From Marsupella aquatica (Eukaryota; Plantae; Marchantiophyta): a stretch of DNA of 64,000 nt. The number at the start of each line of letters is the position of its first letter. Position 1 is the first letter of the stretch. Positions 23,843 through 36,839 of this stretch are shown piece after piece. Both the position numbers and the translations under genes were made by a program. Below the pieces are notes generated by a model, which worked only from the letters and a program-made list of their open reading frames with translations, was not told where the DNA came from and ran no database searches. The stretch is from NCBI GenBank assembly GCA_973895155.1, contig OZ316891.1, positions 16,581,651 through 16,645,650 of the forward strand, in the 5' to 3' direction.

Positions 23843-26800
23843 TTACATAGTCACTGGTTTGGCCCTAACATTAATAATATCCACACAATGACTAAAGCTA
23901 CTGGTAGGTAAAACTTTGGTAAGCATGTCTGCCGCATTCTCCTCTGAAGCCACCTTCTCCAGAAACATCTGCTTCGTCTCAATCACCTCACGGATGAAGT
24001 GATAACGAATATCAATGTGCTTTGTCCTGGCATGGAACACAGGGTTCTTAGCCAGATGCAAAGCACTTTGACTGTCGCACAGCAGCACCGGTCTTTCAGG
24101 TGAAAGACCCAAATCACTCACCAATCTCCGTAGCCAGATCAGCTCCTTGGTTGCCTCACATGCAGCCATGTACTCAGCCTCAGTAGTAGACAACGCAACA
24201 CAAGATTGAGTTGCCGACTTCCAGCTGATACAACCTCCACCCAGCATAAACACATAGCCTGTAGTAGACTTTCTGTTATCCAAGTTACCAGCATAATCTG
24301 AATCTACAAAACCTTCCAACTCTAATGTAGAGTCTGCTTTACCGTCAAATAAGATCCCACAATCTAAGGTACCTTTCAAATACCGCAAAACCCACTTCAC
24401 TGCTTCCCAGTGAAGCTTACCAGGATTTGCCATAAATCTGCTCAAAACGCTAACAGCGTGGGCAATGTCAGGTCTAGTGCATGTCATTGCATACATCAAA
24501 CTACCCACAACACTATCATAGGGAACATGTTTCATCGCCAGTCTATCACTCTCACTAGAAGGGCAATCATTCTTTGAGAGTTTAAAGTGGGAGGCCAATG
24601 GAGTACCAACTGGTTTTGCATTCTCCATTCCATACTTGGCAAGTACCTTCTCCAAATACTGCCTCTGAGACAACCATAATTGCCTTTTCTCCCTGTCACG
24701 ATGAATCTCCATCACTAATCTTCTTGGCCTGACCCAAGTCCTTCATTGAAAACTCCTTACTCAGCATTGCTTTCAGATGGGCAACATCAGACTTATTCTC
24801 AGCCAGGATCAGCATGTCATCCACGTACAATGCCAGCACAATGTAACCAAAGCGTGAGTAATTCTCCACCTCCTTCATGTAAATACAACAATCATGTTCA
24901 CTTCGTGTGAACCCCTGAGATAACATGAAGGAATCAAAATGCTTATTCCATTGTCTGGGACTCTGCTTCAATCCGTATAACGAGCGCAAGAGCTTACACA
25001 CCAAGTGTTTGGTCTTCTCATCAATAAAACTTGGAGGCTGAGTCATATAAATCTCCACATCAAGCAATCCATGCAGGAAAGCAGTAATTACATCCATCTG
25101 ATCTAACTCAAGATCATAGAATGCCACAATCGCAAGTAAAACACAGATAGTAGTGAGTTTGACAACTGGTGAGAAAATTTCCGTGTAGTCCAAGCCCTCC
25201 TTCTGGGTGTACCCTTTGGCCACAAGGCGAGCCTTGTAAGTGCCATCCTGCTTCTTCTTGTACAACCATCTACACGGAACCAGTGTTTTCCCGCGAGGCA
25301 TGTCAGTTAAGCGCCAAGTTGAATTCTTCTTCAAAGAATTCATCTCCTTCAACATCGCCTCCATCCACTTATCCTTCTCTGGAGAGGCCATAGCTTCTTC
25401 ATAGCTAGAGGGGTCTCCATCTTCAGTAAGCAAAATAACACCGGGATCATCGTCATGCTCAACAACGTGAACACGAGGATCTGCAAAACCAAATCTATCA
25501 GGGGGTTGGCCAAAATTGGCCCTGGTGGAGCGCCTTGGTTGAGGAATTGCACCTCTACCAGAGGGACCAGCAGCTTCCTCATCGCCACCAAGCTCCACCG
25601 TAGTGGGTTCCTCCACCTGTTCCTCCTGAATATCCCGGGGTCTTGACAACCATTCTTCGTCAAAAACAACATTTCTGCTCACAACTGCCTTGCAATCGAC
25701 AGGATCCCACAATTTATAGCCCTTCTGCCCAAGACTAAAGCCTAGAAAAATACATTTCTTAGACTTGGGATCCAACTTAGACCTGTGTGTCTGCTCAATG
25801 TGAACATAGGCAGCACAACCAAAAACTCAGAGTCTAGAGTAATCAGCAGGTCTCTTATACCACAACTCAAATGGAGTCTGCATCAACTTACTACTATGCG
25901 GTGACAGATTGTAGACGTATGCAGCTTGGTTGACAGCTTCAGCCCAAAAGTTGTTGGGCAACTTGGACTTACATAGCATGCTGCGTGCTTTCTCCAGTAA
26001 TGTCCGATTCAACCGTTCTGCAACTCCATTCTGCTGCGGGGTCTCCGGTACAGTGTAATGACGCTTGAGGCCAAGGTCTCGACCAAATTGATCAAACTCA
26101 TTGGACTTATACTCGCCACCGTTATCGGACCGAACACACTTCAACTCCTTCACAGTTTGTAGTTCTACCATGGCTTTCCACTCCTTGAAAATCTCAAAGA
26201 CTTGAGACTTCTCCTTCATGTAGTACAACCAACACATTCGAGAGTAATCATCTACAAATGTCACAAAATATCTGGCCCCACCCAACGATGGCTCCGGCGC
26301 TGGACCCCAAACATCCGAATGTACATACTCAAGAATTTTATGAGAATGGTATGAACTAGAACTGAAACTCACTCTCCTCTGCTTGCCGAAGATGCAATCT
26401 TCACAGAAAGAGAGTTTACCAGATTGAGCGCCTTGCAACAAATCTCTGTTTGCCAAGGCTGCCAATCCTTTTCCACTCAAGTGCCCCAACCGTGCATGCC
26501 ACAAATCTATGGCTTGTGTGCGACCAGATGTTGAGGGTGCTTCAATTGAAGCAGCCGTAGATGACTCTACAGCAGATGTTGCCGCTGCATCCGAACGTTC
26601 CACCACAGAATCCACATGCTCCACTCTAGGAGCAATGACATCTCCTTCCAAGATGTACAAATTATTCTGCCGTAGCGCCTTAATCAAAGATACATCATCT
26701 TTGACGACAAAGAGCGCACCATCACGTGCAGTGAAATGAGATCCACCAGCTTCCAAAGCACCAAGAGAAATCAAATTCTTAGAGATGTCTGGTATGTGTC

Positions 26801-27297
26801 TGACTCCCGTCAGTGCTCGCACAACACCATCAAACATCCGGAATTTGATAGTCCCCATGCCAACAATCGCACATCGGACTCCATTTCCGATTTCCACAGT
26901 ACCGGTACAAGGTTGGTAAGTGGAGAAATACGATTGCGTTGGACACACGTGATAAGAGGAACCCGAATCCAACATCCATTTATTGTCATACACAGAATTC
27001 ACAGCACCAATACATAGCACTTTAGCAGCATCCTCATTATCAGCAATCACAATACCAGCCGACGATGAGGACGCACCATTGGAAGCAGGATGCTTCTGCT
27101 TCGACAGAGAAGGACAATTCCACTTGGTGTGGCCCTTCTCATGGCAATGCCAACACTGCACTTTCTTACTACGGGACTTAGATTTAGATCTACTATGTGA
27201 TTTAGATCTAGACTGATCCGTAGTACGCTCCGTCGATCTGCCTCTAACCACTAAGGTAGCAGACTCATTGTCACGGCCAGAAAGTTGTCGCTTGCCC
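23843..27297 (-). pseudogene. pol: Copia gag C-terminus and pol: CCHC knuckle, protease, GAG-pre-integrase, integrase, RT, RNase H (two frameshifts)
   Basis: CWHCHEKGHTKWNC, WMLDSGSS, LWHARLGH, VHSDVWGP, RSDNGGEY, QQNGVAER, YKARLVAKG, LYVDDML, FVDSDYAG, HARTKHIDIRYH. Confidence 0.95.
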
Positions 27298-28225
27298 CAT
27301 TCTGGTCTAGCCGCGAAGTCTCCACCAAAGCCGAAGGTGGATGTCACACAACGCAAGGCCGTATCGAAGAGGAAGAGGCTTGCAGAAGAGGAGCACGGGG
27401 AGGAGCAGTATTGGATTGATAGGGAGATCCATGACTATTGGACCAAGGAACGCCTCGCCTCTTCGGATTACAATTTGGAGTTAGACACTGACTCCGATGC
27501 ATACAAGGAGGCCAGCCCTTGAGCGGAGAGTCAGGTTGTGGGTTTACTGAAATTTTTGTAGTTTCAAAAGCATGACATGTACTCATGTACTTTCAATATG
27601 TATGAGAAGTAAAGTTTGTGTGTTCCTGTCTTTTCTGTGTGTTGTCCTGAATGACATTTTGTCCACAATACGTTTATTTCTGCCCCATTTCCCTTGAATA
27701 TGTCGTTTATTTGGGAGACACATATGGACCCTTCTCAGACTAGCAATATCGCTAGTATAGGACTGACTATACAATTCAGATTAATCTGCTACGGGTTTAT
27801 TTTAGATAATCCATTCAATAGAGGATTACTGCAACAACTTGAGTGAACACATTACCTCCCGAGAACACATCTTGACACTCTACAGTAAACTCTATTGCTC
27901 ATATTGCATCATAAACTCCATTGCTCAGACTAGCAATCTTGCTAGAAAAATACTGATGTCATTTTGATCATCAAACCTTCAACTACATAGATCCTTGTCC
28001 ATAGGAGAACGCGGCTGGAAGTCGATGTTTCTGTCCGAATGTTGAAGACTGCCTAAGACTAGCGAGATCGCTAGCCATTAACAACAAACATAAACACCAT
28101 ATCATATAACATTATGGACCTCGCTAACATTATTGGGATTCACTCGGTGAAAACATATTGGTATTTGTGAAACCACTACCTCGAGTTATCCTTCCCACCA
28201 TCCTATTAGCATCTCCAATAAACAA

Positions 28226-31200
28226 CTAGTCCCCTATCTGTAACGGAATTAAACTCCTCACTTCCCCAACAGTCAGAATCGGCTGTTTGACAAGGTTGTC
28301 CCTCTCCAGGTTGAGTGAAAACTTGTTTAAATACACCCACAACAGATGTTTACAAGACATGTATGGTTTCCCTCGTGTATGCCTCTTATAAAAGTCTTCA
28401 CAAGAACACGAAGGGAAACAACAGATTTGCACCCAATATGTGTGCGGAACTTGTGAATCAGTCTCGTGAGTGGCGATCAAGTATCTTCAACCCCATCCAT
28501 TTCCTGTAGGTACCTTCTCATTTCCAACAACTCTCATGTACTCTTGTGTAGCAGAAACGATGCGCTTGAGCAACTCTGGAGTATGGCTGAAATGCTGCCG
28601 TGCACCCTTACCATTTTGGGTTTTCAACTGACGGTCCACATTAGTTAGATTGATTCGTTTGGGGAATGAGTTAACATCAATTTGTAGTTTGACCTGATTG
28701 GGGGAGGAGAACTCCCCAACTTCTTTTGCATCAACATAGGACAGTCCACTGATCTGGAATCCTAATCCCAGCAGAAAATCTATCTCGGGATGGGAGAGGC
28801 AAGTCCCACGTTGAACCTTGAGCAACTCGGGTGGGGGGGGTAGTTGAGCTAGAGTTCTGCGTCCTCGGCTCTTGTGGCACTTATTGTTAGGATAGAAGTA
28901 CAACAATTGGCGATGTGGAGACGATAATCGCAACCCGTGAATGGCGACTCCAACAATAACCCCTTGCGTGGACTTACATCTAGTCTCCTTGATGAGATTT
29001 CTACATTCATCTCTTCCAAAAATGCTTCGGTCAACCAACCCGTTGCAAACAGGTCCAACACCTCTATTGCTCCGCCTGAGATGCCAGGTCCCATAAGGAA
29101 CATCAACCTCTCGGATGGAAGGGATCCTTTGGGGGGCATCCCGATGGTCGTCCCCGACATCACGCGAAGGTTGAGTCCCCATCTGCTCGGTATCATTGAC
29201 ATTACGACTTGCATCATCACCATCGTCATCTGAAATATGGATAACTCCAGGAGAGCAACCTCCGACAGGAGTTCCCAAAGTTGTGTTCCTTGCTATTTCT
29301 GGATCTGTAGAAGTCTTCAAAACATTGACAAAGCGGAATTCAGGATAGAGGTTACGCCTTTTTAGACCTGAAGGAGAAGTTGTTGTGCATGACACTCTGT
29401 CATGTCTATGGGAGTCATTCTCGTGGATTGGAGCTGAAGCTTTCCCTTTCCTCTTTGTGGATGTTGTTTAAATATTGCCATGTAATGGTACTGTTCTATA
29501 GAATTCATACTTAGCTGAAGTGATCTCAAGCAAAAGATTTGTTGCCTTTTCGTAAGCATCCATTGATCCCATAGCATCGGCGTTCCTATATGCTAACTCA
29601 AAAATGGTCGGCCCCTAGCCTCTATGAACACCTTCACTGTAGGCAGTAAATGCAACAATTTGCCCCACAACACGATTCTGGTCCACCTCACATGCTTCAA
29701 TTAATCCCACTAGTTTCTTCATTTGGCAGGATCTCATGGATGCATGGACTGATTCCGCTCCAGTACAATTTGACATCAAGGCTGACTCCATTGCGGTTTG
29801 TGCCTACAAAAAAGTCCCCCGTTAGAAACGGACTTGATATGCTAGCGCGGTCGCTAGCATAAAACAATGACGTCAAAGAGAAAGGAAATAGGACACTTAC
29901 TACGCGGATGAAGTTACCCCACTGCCTCCACCTCACTACCCACCAAGATATCCATCCTTGGAGAGATTTCAATTTCCCAGCATAGCAGTTGCCTTCCTTC
30001 CACCAACAATGAATTTTGTCGGCAACTCGGTATGCCTGAACATATGTTGGTGCTATTCTCAGCCTTTCCCACATTTTATAGTGCTCCTGATGCCAATCTT
30101 CCCGAATACCCTCCAATGTGTGTTGACAAAGAGATTGAGCAAAGTGAAAGGCGTCACTGTGCTCCTTCTCTGGGTGATGGACCCCTCCAAAAAAAACATT
30201 CCAAATGGCGATCCATCCAGCCTCAGCATTATTGGCAATAAATCCTCCAATGAGTGGGTCATGCACATCATGATCAGAGGCAACTTCAATCATATGTCTC
30301 CATGCGGTTTCGAGAGACAAGGAGTCCTCCGCACGGAGCTCACAAGTGAAGATGGTACAAAGGGACCTGTAATTATGGTTGTACACATGAGCGCTGAAAG
30401 TCAGCCACCCAGTGCTTATTCTCCGCATCACATCAGAACTGACCCATGCTCCTTCCAGCTCACCTCCACTCCTCATCTGCCTGAGAATATCAACACCAGA
30501 TACTGGGCCATTGGTACTCATTTTGAATACATGAGCTCGATCGGTCTTACTCCCCTGGCCAAGAAAAGGTACCTCTGAACATAAGGAAAATTATTCTAGG
30601 CTTGCATCTCACGAAGTGAATCCAACTCACCTTTTTTTGGGTTATCCATTTTCACGCTCCGGAATATGGCCTGGAATTTCTCAACAGTGGACACAACCTT
30701 CATCGATTCCAAAATCTCTCTCTCTTCTTCTTTCGATAGTTTTGAAGAAGACTGTGGATGCAAAAGACAAACCAGGTTTCCTATAGACTTGTTAAGAACA
30801 CGCCCTGGTGTACACACGGGATTCGCTTTATGAACACTAGAAACTATCTCCTCTGCTTGCTTTTTTGCCAATCAAGATTTCCCTTTCCAAACAACGTGGT
30901 CATGGAAACCCATATGAACAGCCAATTGAGACATATGTTTTGCAACATTTGACTCAAGAGACGGCTTAGGATAGACGTACAAAAGTTTAGCCGGACATTC
31001 GCGGATGCAGAGAGGCCTCTCCTCACAGAATCCACACACCAACTCTCCTTCCTCCACAAGCTCACCAAGATGGAACGAAGCAGTAAATTGTCCCTTTCCT
31101 CAGAAGGAAGAGTCATTTTTTGAACCAGTGTGCTTCAACATTCTACAGACCAGATTTTGACATTCAAGTACACTAGCATATCTGACTTTTGACACAGACC

Positions 31201-31942
31201 AGTGGTTGCGAGGTTTGAGATTAGCTGAAGTTGTGAGAAGTCTCGTCCATGGGTAGCCGTCATTATTCCTATCCATGTCCCGAAGACCATATCCTCGACG
31301 AAATTGACCTTCGACTGGAGGAAGCTCAAAAACGCAGTTCCTGTTGTATGAAGTGGGCAAAGTCTGCACTTGAATCTCCTTCCAATTGTTTCCCCTTTGG
31401 AAATTTTCCAACTCGCTTGACCCAGTAATATTGAGGAAGGCATCATATGCACTTACTCTATAAAGAACTGACTGAGATTGAAACTTGTTTTGACTCACCG
31501 CTTCAAAAACGGCTTTCTCAGAAGACTTTGTAGAGATAGAAGAGAGATCCCGACCCACACTCTCAGGGGAGATGTCGATAATTTTGGGTACTGCAAGTGA
31601 CGGGCGAGTCGGCGATTCTGGATCTGAAACATTGATATGTGCAATGTCATCCTTACATGAGACTAGCTCTACAGCTGAACCACACTTGTCCCAAGCTCTC
31701 TCTGGCAATATTCCTGAACCATTATCCGACACCTCGAGACTTCTGGATCCATTCCTAGAGTAAAGAAGGAACAACTTCCAGATGAAATCATCTTCCAAAA
31801 GCCCAAACCTCGATGAGAGGAAAGACTCCTTGATAGAGATAACATTATTCTCCGGAACATCCAGAACAACAACATCACCCTTTTTCTTTCTCTCGATCAC
31901 ACCCTTCGACCCCATAGAAGACATGTTGACAGTTTTGGACAT
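28226..31942 (-). pseudogene. Mutator-like (MULE) transposase with N-terminal Cys/His zinc domain and C-terminal SWIM finger; spliced and decayed
   Basis: N-terminal ELPP..DMDR..DGYPW..LECQN..C..CGFC..C..HMGFHDH. Core WVSSDV..WLTFSAHVY..LCTIFTCEL..ED..W..GFIANNAEAGWIAI.NVF..DAFHFAQSL (second catalytic D appears mutated to N). SWIM CSCEDF..CKHLLWVY at 28226-28480. Confidence 0.8.
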
Positions 31943-32499
31943 TACAATCTACAACAATCCTCAAATGTGAGATACTTCGCTCTCCTCTTTCTCCAAATAC
32001 ATATGAAAAACATGCTCCTGTTGGTAAACGACTCAACGTATTTATTTAATAAATGCCTCTTCTTCCTGTTACCTAACCGTTATTTTGTCTTATATGAAAC
32101 TATTTAAGGAATGATAACGCTAGCTCAATCAACCATGTAAAATGGCTCAAAAACGTTCAAAACACCCTTCACGAGTTTGTGGATTTAGTGACCAGTTTTT
32201 GGCTAGCGATGTTGCTAGCAAAAATAGTTTCTCATAACTGACCATTATGACCGTTTATATCCGTTGGAATTGGTCAACGGGTACCTCCATGTCAACAGTA
32301 CGGTACAGTATAGGACACATGTCTCTTTGTTATTAGCTGCTTTTCGTTCAGTCGTGAGTTCGGTTCATCATATTTTTGGAAGTACATGTATACTTGACGG
32401 TGTCTGAAAAATGATTGTGAAGAGCGTCGTACAGAATATCTGCATCTCTTTTCATGACCGGGCGCTGCATTCAGGTGAAAGCAACAGACGAGGGTACGA

Positions 32500-35400
32500 T
32501 TATGTCTTTGACTAGATGATTGATTCGAGGGTTTTGAGGGTTTCTTTACGTTTGCAAAGCGTGTCACCCTCGACCTTGACCTGTTCATACCCTTATCACG
32601 TCACGGACCCGCTGATGGAGCCATTGTCTTCACCCGAGAGCTTTCATCAATAGGATCGTTCAAGTTAGTCGAGTCAAGCCAAAGGGAGACAAGGTCTACT
32701 ACGAACAAGAAGGCGCTCTAGGCGGGATTGAAAACACCGAGGAGGCCGAAGATGGTGAACCAAGTGGATGTTGTGAATCCTACGTTTCAACCTGGAGCTT
32801 CAGAACCCTATTTTGTTGTCATCAATCGCCATCTTTTCCCATTTGGAAATGACAAATTTGGATTCCCCCTCGCTCCTCCAAGGATTCCTCTTTGCAGAAT
32901 GCAAAATATGCAGATCTTTTGGTCCTTGCAAACAAGCTTGATTGCAATCGAGACACTCAAGAATGAATTTTGGACGCAGGGATACATCAAGGATGCACCT
33001 CGATTTTACGTACAAATGACTGACAAAGAGGGCCATGTCCAGATGTGCGACGATGTCATTCGGGAGTCGTGGGATGACATGTGGATTCTTTAGAATGAAG
33101 AATTTGAGAGGGAATGTGATTCTCATGAAGCTTTCAAAATTTTGAAAGACAAAATGTTCTATGTTTTTGATGGAAATCATCGTCTCTACTCATGGATGCA
33201 GCTTGCGGACGAGAATCCACATGATGTCAAATATCATCCTCGAGTTGTTTGCCAAATTTTCAAGGTGACAAGAACTCATTCATGCAGATTGAGTCGGCGA
33301 TGCATGCGTTGAATAGGTTTGTTTCTATTCCTTCAAGTAGTGAATTGTATATAAAATTCTTTCAGTTCCTCTTGTTAGCTATCTCGCTGACCTGTTTTTT
33401 TGGTTCAGGTTGACTCAATGTCACGTTGAGAATTCTTGGGTCCTTGAAGCAGAGCAAGTCTAGAAGGTGCTCAGCAATGACCTTTCTGTATACAAAGATA
33501 TCATTGATGCAGACAACTACAAACTTTTCCAGCAGAAGATGGCAAATATCAGGAAACCGGCTTGGTATTCGAAGAACATGACACTCGATGCCTGCACGTA
33601 CATTTTGTTCGCTGCTAATATTGCAGCGCAGACGGAAGATTTGAAGAAGAAGTTCCAGTTGAAAGAAGCGCAAGGAGAACCGCTTTCAAAAGCTGCGCAA
33701 GACATGGCTATGAAAGAATGATGAAGGAGCAACTAGCAGATTGGAATGTGAAGGTGCCAAAGATTGGACCTCTTCTGAATCCTGAGTGGTGACTTTTTCC
33801 AGAAGTGTGTTGAGATGCACAACTACTGCAAACATGAGAGGAAGGAGGCCCAACAAACAGATGATAAAGGAAGGGGTAATGTGTCATGTGGTCTCAATCG
33901 TGCGAGACTATTTGCGGGTGTCTCTTCGTTGACTCCGTAGCTCAGATGTGTACTACTCGAGGCACAATGCAGACCTGAGCTTCGCAAGAAGTACTTCCAC
34001 CCTGGTCAATTCTTGGACAGCGAAACAAAACTTTGGCTTCACCGATGGGCTGTATGGGAGCAGGTTGAGTCAATTTGTTCTTCACTCATGTCTGAGATTA
34101 TTTCAGAGTTGATCCCAACTGTTCCAGATGCGAGGATCCTTACTTCATCTGAGAAGACAAAGCCATCGCTGATCCTTGACATAGAGGAGGACTTTGAAGA
34201 TTTCCAAACGAGAGTGAAATCTTGTTTTTTCAAACAGATTTGGCCACCAAAGTCGGGTGAGAAGATTGACATCTCACTTTTTCGGAGGAGGGCGAAGAGA
34301 TATACGTATCATTTTTTTGTGGATAGAGAAGTTGCTGACAAAACATATTGGTGGTCCTACCTGCTTGCTTCTTGCCTTGGATAGCAGGGGTGAAAGAGGA
34401 TCCAACCTCCGTTAAATACAGAGAGTACTCGATGTACCCATGTGAGGGAGTGGAGGCTCCAAGGAAGATGAGTGAGTGGTAAGTCCTTCCCTGTCCATGG
34501 TATTTAGAATCAGACAAATGGGCAGTGACATTTGACACAACAGAGAAGGCAGCCTTTCATATGATAAATCGAGGCTTGATACCAGAGTCGTACATTACAG
34601 AGTCCAAATTAGCTCTTGCAGAAGCAGAGACTGGCGGATGTGAGGCAATGGAGAAAGTTCTTGGTGTAGCTGCCATTGTCGACCGGAGTAGATCGAGGAG
34701 ACCTCGGAAGGTGCTGGTGAAGGACACGTCCAAAGATGGATCAGTCTTGTCTGGGAAGCAAAGTAAGTCTTTTTCTCCTCTTTTTTTCATACTGCAGTTG
34801 GAGCAATTTTGTCTAAGTGACCTGTTTGACATGAACATGTTTTTCAGAGAAGAGAAAGGCTGCAGCCTCTGGGAGTTTGAAGAGTGGGGCGGATGATGGA
34901 GAAGAACCCAAGTCTCCTGATGTTGAGGTCACAACAAAATCTGCTGTGGACCTTGGTTCAATCAAGCGTTTAAAGAGGAAGCGTAATGTCCAAATTCTCT
35001 CCGACTCAGATGAGGAGGAAGCATGCTTCGCTCAAGGAGTAGCACGAATGTGTGGGTTTAAGAAGGACGGTGAGAGACATTTCTTGGCAAAAAGCAATCT
35101 CACGAAAACTGTAAACTCAATTAGCCAGAGATAAGTAAGGCCTCCCTGGATGGGCGATGCGGATCAGTGGTTGTCTGGAATGAGCAAATAGAGCGAACAC
35201 CCAAACCCAGTGATGATCAACGACAAACATTATGCTGGGATTGGTGCTCACTTGGGTTTCATTTTCCTTCCCACGGGTCATCGAACGAGTGTCACAGACC
35301 GGGAGGTCCCGAAGTGGAATGTTTGGAGTGAGAAATTACCATGTTATTTCTTTGGAGTCATGCATCCGATGCTTGCCGACGATGGTTATGTCGCAGTTCT

Positions 35401-36571
35401 TCACAGCTTTGACTATAACCATATGAGACAAATTTTTTCTACCGTCGAGCAGAAGAACAAATTCAAACATGTTCGGCAGTATTCGGTTTTGCTTTCATCT
35501 CCTTTGTATCAAGCAGATATGGACATTGAGGTAAGATATCCACGATATTTTGCGTGCAATTTTTGCTAGTGAGCTCGCTAACCAAAAGTACCCATTTCTG
35601 ACATATTCTTGTTTTCAATTCAAGTAGTTACTCTCATTATGGATGTCTTCTGCAAGGTGGAATTCTCAGCAAAAGTCCCAAAACATACAAGATATGTTCC
35701 AATGACTTCCTCTGAGGATGCCCGCCATAAATCGATGTTGAGTGTTTGCTACCCAAAAACTGATCCCACTCCCAGGGCGGCTTTTGCAGGTTCCAATAGA
35801 TTGTCAGTTGGGTTCATGCAAGCCGTAATGGAGATCCTTACTTTGCCAAAGGACATTGTCATTGACTGGACTGTTGGAGATGGAAGTGCTTTTGCCGCTG
35901 GGGAATACGTTGGGAGATTTGTTGTGGGTGTTGAAGATCGAGACATTCTTCATCTGTGTGCGCAAAAATCTCTGGTAAATGTGTTGGAGAGACATGCCCA
36001 AAAGTTGAAAGGGGCCGCAGATCCGAAGAACGATGATCCCAATGATGAAGGATCGGATGATGAGTTCACGATCCCAGGAGATGATCAGGGAGGACCTTCA
36101 GACAAGAAGGATGAATTCGACCTAGAGTAAAGCACTTGGCCTTTGATGTAGAATTCCCTATTTGGTGTTTTTCTGTTATTTGTAAAATTTTCGGATGTGT
36201 AGTATTGATCCGATGCTGGTGATTTCTTCAGTGATAGGCGTTCGGATTGGTTTTCGGAGGAGAGATTCCATCTTTGGAAAGAAATCAAGGATCATTTTCT
36301 TGTAACCCCTGAGAAGGGATTTGCGCTTCCTTGCTATGCTGAAAAGACTGCAAAGGAGGTTGATGAAGTGCCCGTCGTTTTGACTTGGGAGGGGAAAGGT
36401 CTGCGGTCAGTGAGGGGTGCTCGGAAAGCCCTTTACTGCCCTCAGTTCATAGATGATGAGGCTGGTACTGTAGCACAGTATGTTGACGATTTGGCTGAGG
36501 AGACTGATAGGGAGTCGAGTAGCGATCCTAGTAATTCCTCAGATGATTTGGAATCAGAGGATTCTCAATGA
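32500..36571 (+). pseudogene. Spliced transposon accessory gene: ParB/Srx-like N-terminal domain fused to an amino-methyltransferase (N4C/N6A)-like C-terminal fold
   Basis: Reading through the stop at 33091 gives ..IETLKNEFWTQGY...MFYVFDGNHRLYSW (DGNHR at 33169-33183). C-terminal GFMQAVMEILTLPKDIVIDWTVGDGSAFAAGEYVGRFVVGVED resembles motifs X, I and II. LGFIFLPTG lies at the motif-IV position. GT-AG introns and several stops; the start is uncertain. Confidence 0.7.
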
Positions 36572-36839
36572 CTCATGGTCAATTTCAGATGTAATCTCAT
36601 TCCAGAAGATATTTGTCATACCAAAGCTTTATTAAAGATGGATTGTGAAAGGTGTTTTGAACTGGTTTTGTTGACTGTGATGATCCCTTTTCATTCAGTT
36701 CAGTGTCGTGAAGATCTCGAGTTTTTTGGTTGTGAATATTTCAGTATCTGCATTTCCCTTTTTCATAACTGTTTCACAATATATATCGACAATCTTACTT
36801 GGGAATCCGCCTTAACTACCCTGAAAGCACCCACAAACT

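Larger units (their letters stand above)
21232..27297. mobile_element. Ty1/copia LTR retrotransposon (copy 1) with its 3' portion inverted
   Basis: 5' LTR, PBS-like TGGTATC and gag on +; rest of gag-pol, PPT and 3' LTR on -; TSD GTTAG recoverable. Confidence 0.9.

Noticed and set aside
27268-27356. Apparent N-terminus of the 509-aa copia ORF (MRCVTSTFGFGG...)
   Set aside because: Artefact of the inversion; the true upstream gag is at 22823-23379 on the + strand
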